NCBI RefSeq assembly: GCF_900095195.1
Contig: NZ_LT606950.1
Location: 270,001 to 302,000, forward strand
Source of the DNA: Polynucleobacter necessarius
GTDB lineage: Bacteria > Pseudomonadota > Gammaproteobacteria > Burkholderiales > Burkholderiaceae
DNA length: 32,000 bases
Reading direction: 5' to 3'
In this document: positions 9,413 through 20,237 of the stretch, piece after piece
Numbering within the stretch: the first letter of the stretch is position 1
How the letters are laid out: every line of letters starts with the position of its first letter
The notes under the pieces: generated by a model
The model's database searches: none
The model's input: only the letters and a program-made list of their open reading frames with translations
What the model was told of the DNA's origin: nothing
Translations under genes and position numbers: made by a program

Positions 9413-10172
9413 TTGATCGTCTGCATTTCTTAAGGCTTCACCAACCATAATGAGGGCTGGTGAGTTCTGATCAAACCATGAATCTGCCTTTCCTTGTGCG
9501 AGCTCGCCGAGCGTGCTGCTCCATAGACGTTCCCACTTGGTGCTAACCGCTTCTAATATGTTACGGGTGTCGTTGTTGTGTGATGTGTGCGTTGATCAAT
9601 CAGTTGCTGTGCAATTTTGGCCGCATATTTACGCCCCATGTAATACACCAAGGTATCTGCACTGGGATTGCTGATAGGCTGAGTTGCCGATACTGAATTG
9701 TTTTGACCGTCAGTTGCTTATGCTAAGGTAATAAATGCAACACTTCGACTGATGCCGCGCAGTGTGAGGGATTGTTGTAGGCTCGCTGCACCCGCAAGTG
9801 CAGCCGTGATACCGGGTACAACCTCGACCTCAATACCAGCATCCTTGGGTGCTTGAATCTCCTCATCGGCTCTACCAAAGAGCATTGGGTCGCCGCCTTT
9901 GAGACGTACAACCGTTTGGTATTTTTGTGCAGCATCGATTAAGCGTTTATTAATAAACGCTTGCGCGGGAGACAGCTTTCCACAGCGCTTGCCTACGGCG
10001 ATTTTCTCGGCTTGGGGGCAGAGGTAAGTATTTCAGGGTCAACTAGGGCATCGTGCAAAACAACATCCGCTTTTGCCAATAGTTTGGCACAACGCACGGT
10101 AATCAGATCTGCGGCGCCAGGGCCGGCGCCTACCAGATATACCTTACCAAGCGAAGTAGGTGTCGTTGCCAT
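9413..10172 (-). pseudogene. cobA: Uroporphyrinogen-III C-methyltransferase (CobA/CysG-type), multiple frameshifts
   Basis: The minus strand from ATG 10172 reads [44 protein letters not shown]. After shifts it reads [13 protein letters not shown]..., then VVRLKGGDPMLFGRADEEI...EVVPGITAALAGAA, then further shifts and stops to about 9413. The 3' end is approximate. Confidence 0.75.
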
Positions 10173-10212
10173 GATCGTTTGATTACCTAAAGCTTCTTAA
10201 GATTCGTTGACA

Positions 10213-10701
10213 TCAATTTGGTTGCAGCGATGTTCTCTTGCCGCGCCAACTATTTTGGGTGGTCACTGAAAACAAATCAAATTGCTTTAATGCGACATCC
10301 GTCTTTTGATCGGGGCGCAATGCAAAACTATCAAAATCAACACGAGCTCCTTGCAACAGTTGATCAATCAGCACGTCGCCGATAGCACGGATTTCACCGG
10401 TCCAGGCAAAGCGATCACGCAATAGGGCTGCGGTACTAAAACTTCTACCATCTCGAAAGATTAGAAAGTGCGCCGCCACTAAAGACCAAACTTTTTTGCC
10501 TTCTTCAATGAGATCTGCATGTTTCAAAATGTCATCATCGGCTGCAAACCAAACGCCAATCTGTCCAGCTTTGGCTTTTGCCTGAATATCCGCCTCTTGG
10601 TGATGACTGATCCACCAGGTAAAGGCACTAATACCTTGCTTTTGCCATGCTCTAGATCAGGCAGGCCACCCTCGTCGAGGCTACCACTCCAGATTAGCCA
10701 T
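10213..10701 (-). pseudogene. DUF934-family protein (sulfite-reductase-associated), stops and frameshifts in the 5' half
   Basis: The C-terminal half is intact in ORF 10213-10527 (FLIFRDGRSFSTAALLRDRFAWTGEIRAIGDVLIDQLLQGARVDFDSFAL). The N-terminal half from ATG 10701 is broken (ATGGCTAATCTGGAGTGG-TAG, then frame changes). Confidence 0.65.
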
Positions 10702-11562
10702 TCATTATCGCCTCTTGCCAAAGTTCATAGAGTTTGGCTTGCTCGACATCAGCTAACACCAGATTTTGCTCATGCGTTGAGCGCAATTCACCAAAACTGT
10801 ATTGCTCTGCCAAATCTGCAATCGCTAACATTTGTGCAGTAGTGGCATCGCCAGGAGCAACCGAACCATGCGGTTTAAGTGACAACACCACGCTGACATA
10901 ACCTGAAACTTGATGCGGTTTAACGTTGCGCTCCAACCATCTTGCAAACGCCGCCTTGTCTGCATCATTGGCAAGATTGATGACTTGCTCATTCGTTAAC
11001 GCTGGCAAATTCTTATAAGCGGGTTTCGTGAAATGCTTTGCTACACGATCCCATTCTGCTTGCGTGAAATTGTCATCACCATTCTGAATGTGCAACCACT
11101 CGCCTTCTACTTGGCGGGCGAATTCTTCAGGTCCGAGTGCTTTAACCAAGATCTTGATGCGGGCCTTATAGAGATTGTCTCTGCGGCCAAAGCGGTTATA
11201 CACACGCAGTAGGGCAGTCAGATAACTCGGCAGCAACTGCCAAAGCAATGCTTGCTTGATAAGTGATCCTAAGATGGGCGTACGACCCATACCGCCGCCT
11301 GCATAGATATCAGCCGTTAACTCGCCATTATGAATTGCTGGATTTTTCTTCAGCTCAATGCCGATGTCATGGCAAAGCAAGATCGTGCGGTCTTCTTTGG
11401 CGCCATTAATGGCAAATTTAAATTTGCGCGGTAGGTGCGCAAACTCAGGATGCAAGGTTGACCACTGGCGGAGTAATTCACAAACAGGGCGTGATCAACG
11501 TATTCATCACCAGCAACCCGTTGATTTACCAGGGTTTGGTCAATATGGTTGTATTTATACAT
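10694..11562 (-). pseudogene. cysI: Sulfite reductase hemoprotein (CysI-type) with an internal deletion, a frameshift and loss of the C-terminal third
   Basis: MYKYNHIDQTLVNQRV joins directly to AGDEYVDH... After a shift it reads RPVCELLRQWSTLHPEFAHLPRKFKFAINGAKEDR...GGGMGRTPI...RVYNRFGRRDNLYKARIKILV... It ends at LWQEAIMNG, before the siroheme/4Fe-4S Cys cluster region expected for the family. Confidence 0.8.
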
Positions 11563-11714
11563 AGACCATGATTATCATGGAAATTCAATATATCTCAAAA
11601 TAATCAAATATTTACCCTTTATACACATTTAGATATAAATGGATTGGCATATTTTCCTGCAACCAATACCCATTCGCTCCTTGTGTAGGTTTATAGTGGC
11701 GGATAGCGCATTTC

Positions 11715-13778
11715 ATGCAGACAAGCGCTTCATATCGCATACATAGCCCACTCAACCTAGTGTCCAAAACCCAATCACCCGCATCCCCCAGTTTGGCTGA
11801 TTCCAAAAGTATCACTTCGACTGGTGTAGGCCATCTTCAGTATCGTCCTGACATTGATGGATTAAGAGCGGTGGCAATTTTGATGGTTGTGATTTATCAC
11901 GCCTTTCCATCATTGCTAACGGGCGGTTTTATAGGGGTAGATGTCTTTTTTGTTATCTCTGGATTTTTGATCTCAACCATTATCTATAAGCAGTTAACAG
12001 TCGACTCTTTTAGTTTTCTTCAGTTTTATGCGCGTCGCATTAAGCGTATCTTTCCAGCACTGTTTATAGTGCTCCTCTTTTGTTTTGCATTTGGCTGGTT
12101 TAATTTATTGGCAGATGAATTTGCCCAGTTAGGAAAGCATATTGCTGGCGGTGCAGGATTCGTTGCTAATTTAGTGCTCTGGAGTGAGAGCGGATATTTT
12201 GATAACGCGGCCGATACCAAGTCGCTCTTACATCTTTGGTCTCTTGGTATTGAAGAGCAGTTTTATTTCGTTTGGCCCATCATTATTTTCCTAGCATGGA
12301 AGAAGCGAGTGAACCTGCTCAAAGTAGGTTGCTTCATTGGCTTAGTGTCTTTTGTAGCGAATGTCTATGAAGTGCACCGCGTAGCAAATTTCACCACGGC
12401 GTTTTATTCACCAATCACGCGCTTTTGGGAGTTAATGGTTGGCGCAATATTGGCTTACATGATGCTGAACCAAAAGGGTCTTGTCGATCGCTATCCAGGT
12501 GGCGCTTTCAAGGCATTGCATCGTCTCGTAGGAAACAACGGGATTTCGATTGTTGGAGTCATGTGTTTGCTAGTCGGCGCACTGTTGATCACTAAAGAGT
12601 CTGCGTTCCCTGGTTTCTGGGCTTTACTGCCTGCCATGGGAGCCGCATTATTGATCGTTGCAGGAGAGGGCGCTTGGGTTAACCGAATGGTTTTATCCAA
12701 TCGGCTCATGGTCTGGATCGGGCTGATAAGTTTCCCGCTGTATTTGTGGCACTGGCCGCTACTCTCATTTGCACATATTCTGCAAGGTCAGATGCCTGAG
12801 GCAGAAATTCGTATTTTGATTGTTTTGGCATCTATAGCACTATCAACGCTTACTTACTATTTGCTTGAGAAACCCATCCGCGCTAATCGATTCAATAAAA
12901 CGAAGGCGATCATATTGGTTTTTCTGCTGATGATGGTTGGATACGTCGGCCTTAATACGTATCAACGAGATGGGCTCACTTTTAGGTTGGCGCAGGTTCG
13001 CTTTCGGCTCCCACCCGTACTCCAAACTTTGGCAATGAAAAATCCATCGGCATCCGATACGGCTATCGGACCCTTAAAGGTGGATTGCACATTGCCAGAT
13101 GCAGTAAAGATGAAGCCAGAAGGCGCTGTTTGTTATACCCAAGAAGAGCTGCAGAAGCCAGAAATCCTGTTGTGGGGCGACTCGTATGCCGGGCACCTGC
13201 TCGCTGGATACGAAGAGCGATATGGCAGTCAGTACCAAATCATGAGGGTTGGACACAATGGTTGTCCACCCATTCTGGATATGGAACTGCCCAATCGCAA
13301 GAACTGCACAGCTGGTAATGCAGACATCGTTCGTCGAGTCTTGAGGGATCGCCCAGCAAAACTAGTGATCGCAGCCAATTGGACGGATTATGACTGGCGA
13401 CGAGTTGAAGGCACTTTAATTCAACTACAGCAGTCTGGATTTACAAGTATTGACTTAATTGGTCCTGCCCCAGTTTGGAGTGATGGACTCTATAAGCAGT
13501 TGTACTTGAAATATCTATCGGATCGAGATCCCAACATTCCTTATCGTATGAGTTTTGGTTTCAATAAAGATAAAGATTTTTTAGGGATCGATGCGGATAT
13601 GGCAAAGATGGCTGCAAAGTTGAAGGTGCATTATTTGTCGATCGTGAACATTCTGTGTAATGCAGATGGTTGCATTACCAGGTTTGGGGATACGGGTGAT
13701 ACGCTTGAAAGCTATGATGCTGGCCACTTTACCAATATGGCATCGCGATATGTTGTGTCCCGTTTTCCGGGGAAGTAA
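11715..13778 (+). CDS. Acyltransferase-3 / SGNH fusion protein (OafA-like O-acyltransferase)
   Basis: Uninterrupted 687-aa ORF. It has an N-terminal polytopic acyltransferase-3 pattern (RPDIDGLRAVAILMVVIYHAFP...GVDVFFVISGFLI...HLWSLGIEEQFY) plus a soluble C-terminal domain (LLWGDSYAGHL...). The exact start is uncertain. Confidence 0.8.
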   Translation: MQTSASYRIHSPLNLVSKTQSPASPSLADSKSITSTGVGHLQYRPDIDGLRAVAILMVVIYHAFPSLLTGGFIGVDVFFVISGFLISTIIYKQLTVDSFSFLQFYARRIKRIFPALFIVLLFCFAFGWFNLLADEFAQLGKHIAGGAGFVANLVLWSESGYFDNAADTKSLLHLWSLGIEEQFYFVWPIIIFLAWKKRVNLLKVGCFIGLVSFVANVYEVHRVANFTTAFYSPITRFWELMVGAILAYMMLNQKGLVDRYPGGAFKALHRLVGNNGISIVGVMCLLVGALLITKESAFPGFWALLPAMGAALLIVAGEGAWVNRMVLSNRLMVWIGLISFPLYLWHWPLLSFAHILQGQMPEAEIRILIVLASIALSTLTYYLLEKPIRANRFNKTKAIILVFLLMMVGYVGLNTYQRDGLTFRLAQVRFRLPPVLQTLAMKNPSASDTAIGPLKVDCTLPDAVKMKPEGAVCYTQEELQKPEILLWGDSYAGHLLAGYEERYGSQYQIMRVGHNGCPPILDMELPNRKNCTAGNADIVRRVLRDRPAKLVIAANWTDYDWRRVEGTLIQLQQSGFTSIDLIGPAPVWSDGLYKQLYLKYLSDRDPNIPYRMSFGFNKDKDFLGIDADMAKMAAKLKVHYLSIVNILCNADGCITRFGDTGDTLESYDAGHFTNMASRYVVSRFPGK

Positions 13779-13840
13779 ACATCATTTTTAGCGTATGCTG
13801 TACATTTAAAAAATTAAAATAATAATATTTGGGAGGCAGT

Positions 13841-15103
13841 ATGAAAAAACAATACTTCACTGGCTTAGTATTTTGGCTTGGGATAACGACAGCTGGGATG
13901 GCTGCATCAGCTCCTCCGCTTGTGCTGAGTCCGGGACCAGGTTTCAATCAGGAGGGATTAAAAAAATAGATGCTTTCTTTGCCGATCGAATTACGAATAA
14001 CAAAATGCCTGGCGCGGTATTGGCAGTGGCTAAAAATGGCAAGCTCAGCATCTATAAGTCATATGGGTATTTAGATAAAGCCAGCAATAAGCCGATGACA
14101 ACCAATGCGATTTTTAATCTGGCATCGATGACTAAAGTGATGGCATCGGTTGGCGCGTTGACCTTTTATGAAGAGGTCAAGTTACCTCTCAATGCACCCA
14201 TATCCAATTAGCTGCCGCAATTTAAAGATATGAAAGTTGGCAAGGTGGATGCCGATGGTAATTTGACAACCGTACCAGCCAAAAATCCGATCACTGCGCA
14301 AGATCTGATGCGCCATACCAACGGCTTAACATACGGCGCTCGTGGCAACACGGCGGTACATAAGCTGTACCCCGCTGGTTCTGCTCCCGCCGCCATGAAA
14401 TACAGCGCTACCGAGTTCATTGATAAATTGGCCAGCACGCCATTGCTGTATGAGCCTGGAACGGTGTGGGACTATGGCTTTGGGATTGATGTCCTCGGCA
14501 TTATTCAAGAAAAGATCACGGGTAAATTATTGGGTGGTGTATTGCAAGAGCGCGTTTGGAATGTCGTTGGCATGTCCGATACCACCTTTGATTTGGCAAA
14601 AATCAACTCCGCTCGCTTTGTACAACCATTGCCAATAGATTCGATGAATGGCAAACCCCAGAAAGTCGACATTTTGAGCCAACAGGTGAAGTTTGATTGC
14701 GGTGGATCGTGTGCATTTTCGACTGCGGGAGACTATGTGCGTTTTGGTCAAATGCTGTTAAACGGTGGCAGCCTAGTGGCAAAAAAGTACTGGGACCGCA
14801 AACGGTGGCATTCATGACCTCGAATCATCTCAATAAAGATATTAAAATACTGTGGGTGGTACTGAGCCAGGGCGAGTGGGTTATGGATTTGGCTTAGGCG
14901 TGGCCGTTCGTATGGAGCGCGGTCTCTCCGCGATCAATGGCAACGTTGGCGATTTCACCCGGAATGGCGCCAACGGAACCATCTTTTGGATTGACCCAAA
15001 AGAGCAAATGATCGTCGTGATGATGGCTGTTGCTTCCGGCGAGATTCGGAAAGTACATCGGGAGCAATTAAATTCAGTGATTTATGGGGCATTAGCCAAA
15101 TAA
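13841..15103 (+). pseudogene. Serine hydrolase (class-C beta-lactamase/esterase family), frameshifts plus an in-frame TAG
   Basis: RBS GGGAGG then MKKQYFTGLVFWLGITTAGMAAS... A shift at the A7 run (13960-13966) leads into IDAFFADRI...PGAVLAVAKNG...FNLASMTKV (SxxK motif). TAG at 14209-14211 interrupts PISN-LPQFKD. At least two further shifts near 14790 and 14860 lead into ...GYGFGLGVAV... Confidence 0.8.
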
Positions 15104-15126
15104 TATTTTGGTAATCGCTGGGGTAG

Positions 15127-15153
15127 AAAAAAGCCCCGTTTCATCGGGGCTTT
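15127..15153. terminator. Bidirectional rho-independent terminator
   Basis: AAAAAAGCCCCG-TTTCAT-CGGGGCTTT lies between convergent genes. Confidence 0.75.
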
Positions 15154-15175
15154 AGCTTTTCTGGCGCATCATTTT

Positions 15176-15780
15176 CTAGAGTCCTGCCTCGCGATAATGC
15201 CGATACAAATTCGCAATTGCTGCAAATCCGAGGGTCACAATCAACACGGAGAATAAATATTCTAGAGTGAGATAGTTAAATATGCTCATTTGAATCAAAA
15301 CCACGGCGCCTATAAAAGCGCCAATCGATCCTAAAACTACCCATTTGAAGTTTGGTACAAATGCGCCTAAGGTAATCGCAATAAAAACAATATACAGATC
15401 CGAAACCAATTGATCGGCGGTGACAAAGATCGTATTCGTGAATTCGGGATTGGTGAATTTCCCCAAAATAGCAATGACGAGTATGCTGGCCAATATCGCA
15501 AAGTTCAACTTTGCTTTACCAACAATCGCTTTCAGTTGATCAGTAATCATTGAGATATTAGGCCCATTGCCGTTAAAGACTAGCCCAATACCCAGCCACA
15601 AGAGTGCAAAGGCAACCAAGATAGTCAGCCAATCTTCTTGAGGAAGTATTCCAAGCTATCCATATAGGCTTCATCGCCGCGACCAAACCACCGGTCAAAC
15701 CGCTTCCATACAAGACGTCCAACTACCAGTGAAAGTAGCATGGCAACAATGCCTAGAATGATTGTCAGCGTGGTGTCCAT
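15176..15780 (-). pseudogene. Polytopic membrane protein of unknown family, probable frameshift near 15625-15650
   Basis: ATG 15780 gives MDTTLTIILGIVAMLLSLVVGRLVWKRFDRWFGRGDEAYMDSLE and stops at TGA. The adjacent frame continues ...LPQEDWLTILVAFALLWLGIGLV... (ORF 15176-15619, which has no ATG of its own). Two separate small genes cannot be excluded. Confidence 0.4.
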
Positions 15781-15935
15781 TTAGTAAATCTTTCAAGCTC
15801 GAGTCTTCGGAAGACTCAAGAATACAGGTTTTGCGACTCAAGGCTCATTTTTTGGCACTTTTGAGAGGGTAGTGTTTATTGCTAAAGTAGAGCCCATTCT
15901 GCAGTACTAATGTATTTCACTATAGAGAGAAAACC

Positions 15936-16522
15936 ATGGCAGATTTATCGGTGGATCAAATTCAAGAGATCCGCGTAAACGTATTGGGTGCGGCAGCCAA
16001 AGTGCCTGGAGCCCTGATTGGCTTGGGTATTTTGTTCATTATTTTGGGCATGATCGGTACTGCAGGCCAAGTCTTGTTCTCTCTGATCTCGGTGAATGTT
16101 TTGGGGATCTTCTTATTTGCTGGCGGAGTATTGCAAGGTATTCATGCGTTTAAGTCATCAGGTTGGAAGAGTGTGAGCATCCAAATGGTATTTGCGGTGC
16201 TGTATGTTGCCGCGGCAATTTACGTCTGGGCGTTTCCGATTCCTGCATTAGAGGCGATTACCTTGTGGCTAGCTGCCATCTTTTTGTCACCGGCTTCTTG
16301 CGCCTGATCGCAACATTTCAGCATCGCCATTTTGCTGAGTGGTTTTGGCTTGCAGTATCCGCAGCAATATCTATTTTGATGGGTGTACTCATCATGAATA
16401 ACTTTCCATCCTCTAGCCTATGGTTACCAGGTTTATTGATTGCCATTGAGTTGCTATTGCAAGGATGGTCATTATTGTTCTTGGGCTTTGCCACCAAGTC
16501 ACTGACAATTGGTAAAGAGTAG
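15936..16522 (+). pseudogene. HdeD/DUF308-family membrane protein, frameshift in a T5 run
   Basis: ORF 15936-16307 (…GLGILFIILGMIGTAG…LAAIF) continues in ORF 16163-16522 as FVTGFLRLIATFQHRHFAEWFWLAVSAAISILMGVLIM... The switch is at TTTTT 16281-16285. Confidence 0.7.
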
Positions 16523-16730
16523 TCGCCATGGCAATGAAGAAAACGGATCTCTATAAGATCCTCGCTTTAGCGACTGCACAGCGCATGAAAATGCCGCTAA
16601 GACCCCAAAGCCTGGGGCTACTGAGGCAAAATCAAAATCCAAGAAAGAGTTAGCCGAGGCTAATCCGTTGCTAGCTTCTTTGATGGGTAAAAAGAAATTG
16701 AAATAAGATCCACTTCATTCAATTGATCAG

Positions 16731-17569
16731 TTGGCTTTGAAAAAAACGGCACCATTTATAGTGATCGATTTTCTGAAGGTGTTTGCAGCCCTTCTGATTA
16801 TTCTGCATCACCTGTCGAGCTACGGACAAATTGCGAAAGATGCCCATACGGTTCTGCCATTGACGATGGCATGGTTATTTGAGTATAAACGCTATGCCGT
16901 ACAGATCTTTTTAGTAATGGCAGGATATCTTGCAGCGCAATCCTTGAACCGCCTTGCCAATATGCGCTTTAGTGCATCGAATTTTCTAAAAGTCATCTTC
17001 AATCGTTATCTACGATTGTTTTTTCCCTATGCGGTTGCGTTGCTACTAACGATAGCGTGTGCCTATATTGCGCGCCTCTGGATCAATGATGAGTTTGTCG
17101 GTGAATCAGAAACCCTCTCTCAATTTTTAGCGCACCTCTTTTTTATACAGGGCATCTTAGGGCTAGATTCTATTTCTGCGGGTGCTTGGTATATCGCGAT
17201 TGATTGGCAACTCTACGCAGTACTAGCCGTTTTGTTGATTACTTTTCCGCGCTATCAGTCAGCCATTTGGATCCTGAGTGTGCTGGGCGTCTGTTCACTG
17301 TTATTTTTTAATCGCTCTGGGGATTACGAAGCCTACTTTATCTACTTCATTGGCTCTTATGCTCTTGGAGCATTGGCATTTCTGGCTAAAGGGTTTAACA
17401 ACGACGGCGTTAACCGCTTGGCCAGAATCATTCTTCTGGTGATTGACATCACCATTTTGGTGTCATCGTTCCAGCAGCTTTGGCTGCGCAATATTTTGGC
17501 TTGGATGGTTGCAGTGGTGTTATTGCTCTGGGGCGATAAACCGTATCCAGCGATGAATGCTAGAAACCA
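16731..17569 (+). pseudogene. Acyltransferase-3 family membrane protein, 3'-truncated
   Basis: A TTG-start ORF with the family pattern (FLKVFAALLIILHHL...QIFLVMAGYLAA...AWYIAIDWQLY). Beyond about 17570 the open frame is merely antisense to the yjgA fragment. Confidence 0.55.
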
Positions 17570-17773
17570 AAAACTCTTAATCTTGTTAGTCTCAGCAATT
17601 GCCGTCTTGATTGCCTCATCTAAGGGTATGGCTTTGAGTGCATCGCTACTCAAAGCCGCTAAGACTTCAGCCAATTTCTGGCGTTCGGTCATTTGGCGCT
17701 TTAGCTCGGATTTGCTAGGGCCTTCATCTTCCTCGGCTAGCTTGGGAGTGCGATTTTTCTCATTTAGATGCAT
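17570..17773 (-). pseudogene. yjgA: YjgA/DarP (DUF615) ribosome-associated protein, 5' third only
   Basis: MHLNEKNRTPKLAEEDEGPSKSELKRQMTERQKLAEVLAALSSDALKAIPLDEAIKTAIAETNKIKS aligns by eye to the E. coli YjgA N-terminal region (SKSEIKRDAEELKRLG...LDKIPLD...A..IK). The rest of the family sequence is absent. Confidence 0.65.
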
Positions 17774-17857
17774 GTAGCTATTTTAGACGGCTATTGAGAG
17801 TCTGCTGTACTGATGACCAATGTTGAAGTTTGGTAAATAATAGAGCGATAAATTCGA

Positions 17858-18900
17858 ATGAATACTAAAAATACCGAGACAATGACTCAAGTAAATGCGT
17901 ACGACTACATCATTATTGGCGCCGGTAGTGCGGGCTGTATGTTGCAGGCGCTTAACTGAGAACCCCAATAAAAAGGTATTGCTCATCGAGGCGGGCAAGA
18001 GCGACAACTATATTTGGATTCATATTCCGGTTGGCTATCTGTACTGCATTGATAACCCTCGCGCGGCTCGGCGTTTCAAGACAGTTACGGAAAAGGGGTT
18101 AAACGGCCGCTCTTTGCTGTATCCCCGTGGTCGTGTCCTGGGCGGATGTTCATCGATTAACGGCATGATTTATATGCGTGGTCAAGAGGGCGACTACGAA
18201 TCTTGGGTGCAGGCCACTGGCGATGCATCTTGGTCTTGGGAAAATGCACTCCAGCGTTACAAGTCTTTTGAGGATTACCACAGTGATGCCAACCCATGGC
18301 ATAGAAAAGTTGGCGAGCGGACGGTATCCAAACAGCGCTTGCGTTGGCCCATCATGGATAAATTTAAGGAAGCTGTAGTTCAGGCAGGTATTCCACATCG
18401 GATGACTTTAATCGCGGTGATAACTTTGGTGTAGGTTACTTTGATGTGAGTCAACGCAAGGGTTGGCGACTCAATACTGCAAAAATTTTTGAAGGATGCA
18501 GCCAAGCGCAGCAATCTAACAGTGCTCACAGAAGCCATTGTGACCAAGCTCAAAATTGATCCCGTGACAAAACGCTGTCTCGGAGTGGAATATCGCAAAA
18601 ATGGTCAACTCACTGAATCCTTAATTCGTTCGAGTGGTGAAGTCATTCTGAGTGCAGGCGCGATTGGTAGCGTGCAGATCTTGGAGCGTTCGAGAATAGG
18701 CTCTGCAACCCATTTGGCGAAGTTGGGTATTCCGGTAATGGCGGATTTACCAGGCGCTGGTGAAAACCTCCAAGACCATTTGCAATTGCGCATGATCTAT
18801 AAGGTGAGCGGTATTAAAACTCTGAACACCAAAGCAAACTCCTGGTTTGGCAAGATGATGATTGGCTTGGAATATCTGCTAAAACGCTCTGGCCCTATAG
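17858..18900 (+). pseudogene. GMC-family (choline-dehydrogenase-like) flavoprotein oxidoreductase, several frameshifts, 3'-truncated
   Basis: YDYIIIGAGSAGCMLQA shifts into RLTENPNKKVLLIEAG...YPRGRVLGGCSSINGMIYMRGQ. A further shift gives DFNRGDNFGVGYFDVSQRKGWR, and another gives NLTVLTEAIV...ILSAGAIGSVQIL...LPGAGENLQDHLQ...LLKRSGP. The C-terminal substrate-binding half is missing. Confidence 0.8.
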
Positions 18901-19153
18901 CCATTTTGAACTATTGAGTACCTTCAGATTGCCATCGGATCGCAATGAATAGAATGCCTGAGTATTGCTCACACATTTTTTTGAAACCAGTTCGGGAACT
19001 TGGCAATTTCATACCAGGTCCCCAAGTAACGTGGAACATCCAAGGATGAAATCGTTTTGACTGGTACATCAATCGTTTGAGCATAAGCAGTGTTACCAAA
19101 TAGCAGAAAAGTACTGCTAAAAAAATAGGGAGTGCAGAATGAATTTTAGTCAT
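18901..19153 (-). pseudogene. blc: Bacterial lipocalin (Blc-like), 5' fragment with frameshifts
   Basis: The minus strand reads MTKIHSALPIFLAV... It shifts into LLFGNTAYAQTIDVPVKTISSLDVPRYLGTWYEIAKFPNWFQK, then into AFYSLRSDGNLKVLNS, and then stops. YLGTWYEIA is the lipocalin signature. Confidence 0.7.
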
Positions 19154-19201
19154 TACTTTTTCATGATGAGATTCGAGTAATTTGTTCTCTGCAACCACTG
19201 C

Positions 19202-20177
19202 TTAATAATATTTTTTAAGATCCATACCAGCATACATACTAGCTACTTGCTCGCCATATCCATTAAACATTTGGGTTTTTATTTTGGGCGCAAACATACC
19301 CTTGGGGTCACCAATACGTCGTTCAGTAGCTTGGCTCCAGCGGGGATGATCAACTTGTGGATTGACATTGGAATAAAAGCCATACTCCCTCGCATCAAAC
19401 TGGATTCCAGCTGGTCTTGGGCATTTCTTCCGTAAACCGAATTTTGACGATGGATTTAGCGCTCTTAAAACCGTATTTCCAGGGGACTACGATGCGCACC
19501 GGCGCACCATTTTGTTTTGGAAGCACTTCACCATAAAGACCAAAGGTCAGCAAAGTCAGAGGATTCATCATCTCGTCCATTCGCAAGCCTTCACGGTATG
19601 GCCAATCGATAATGTTGCTCCGAATTCCTGGCATTTGTTTGCGGTTTTCTAAAAAAATAAATTCCACATACTTTGCCGATCCGAGTGGCTCTACTTTGTT
19701 AATGAGTTTTGAAAGAGAGTAGCCATCCCAAGGAATGACCATTGACCATCCTTCGACACAGCGCATCCGATAGATGCGCTCTTCCATGGGTGCCAACTTT
19801 AATAAGGCATCAATATCTAAGGTGACTGGCTTTTTTACCAGACCTTCAATGGAGATTGTCCATGGACGCGTCTGCAAACTCCCCGCATGAGCCGCGGGAT
19901 CCGATTTATCGGTACCGAATTCATAAAAATTGTTATACGTCGTGACGTATTTGTATGGGGTTGCTTCCTCTTTAGGGTCGTAAGCTGAATTCAGTGACGC
20001 ACTTAACTTCTCAGGAGTGGCGGCTAATGCTTGCCGTGAAAACCATGGCGCCAGTGCGGCACCAAAACTCCCAGCAGCGGCCGCCTTGATCAATGCGCGG
20101 CGATTCTCAAAAACTGCTTTGGGTGTGACTTCACTAGCCAGAAGGGTCTTATCTGTAAACGCCATAACGGACTCCAT
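19202..20177 (-). pseudogene. msrP: MsrP (YedY) periplasmic methionine-sulfoxide reductase, molybdopterin subunit, one frameshift near 19400
   Basis: ORF 19395-20177 has a Tat signal ([13 protein letters not shown]) and [16 protein letters not shown]. It ends at ...PKTSWNPV. The adjacent frame continues [66 protein letters not shown] to TAA 19202-19204. Confidence 0.85.
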
Positions 20178-20237
20178 TTATGCAATAGGGCTATTTTGCA
20201 ACCGTTTTGAATTATGCGTATTGCGCGAATTTAGTGA

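Noticed and set aside
960-13966. The poly(A) frameshifts (A8 at 960, A7 at 13960) might be programmed, or rescued by transcriptional slippage as described for some insect endosymbionts.
   Set aside because: Both genes carry additional independent lesions (a second frameshift, an in-frame stop), so slippage at the A-run alone cannot restore a product.
15801-15817. A perfect hairpin GAGTCTT-CGG-AAGACTC in the intergenic region upstream of the 15780 gene.
   Set aside because: It has no T-tract and no recognisable riboswitch or sRNA context. It is too short to interpret.
16528-16706. A short basic ORF after the hdeD-like gene. It reads MAMKKTDLYKILALATAQRMK... and, in another frame, ...AAKTPKPGATEAKSKSKKELAEANPLLASLMGKKKLK.
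   Set aside because: It might be a frameshifted small lysine-rich protein, but I cannot recognise a family or place the shift with confidence, so it is not reported as a feature.
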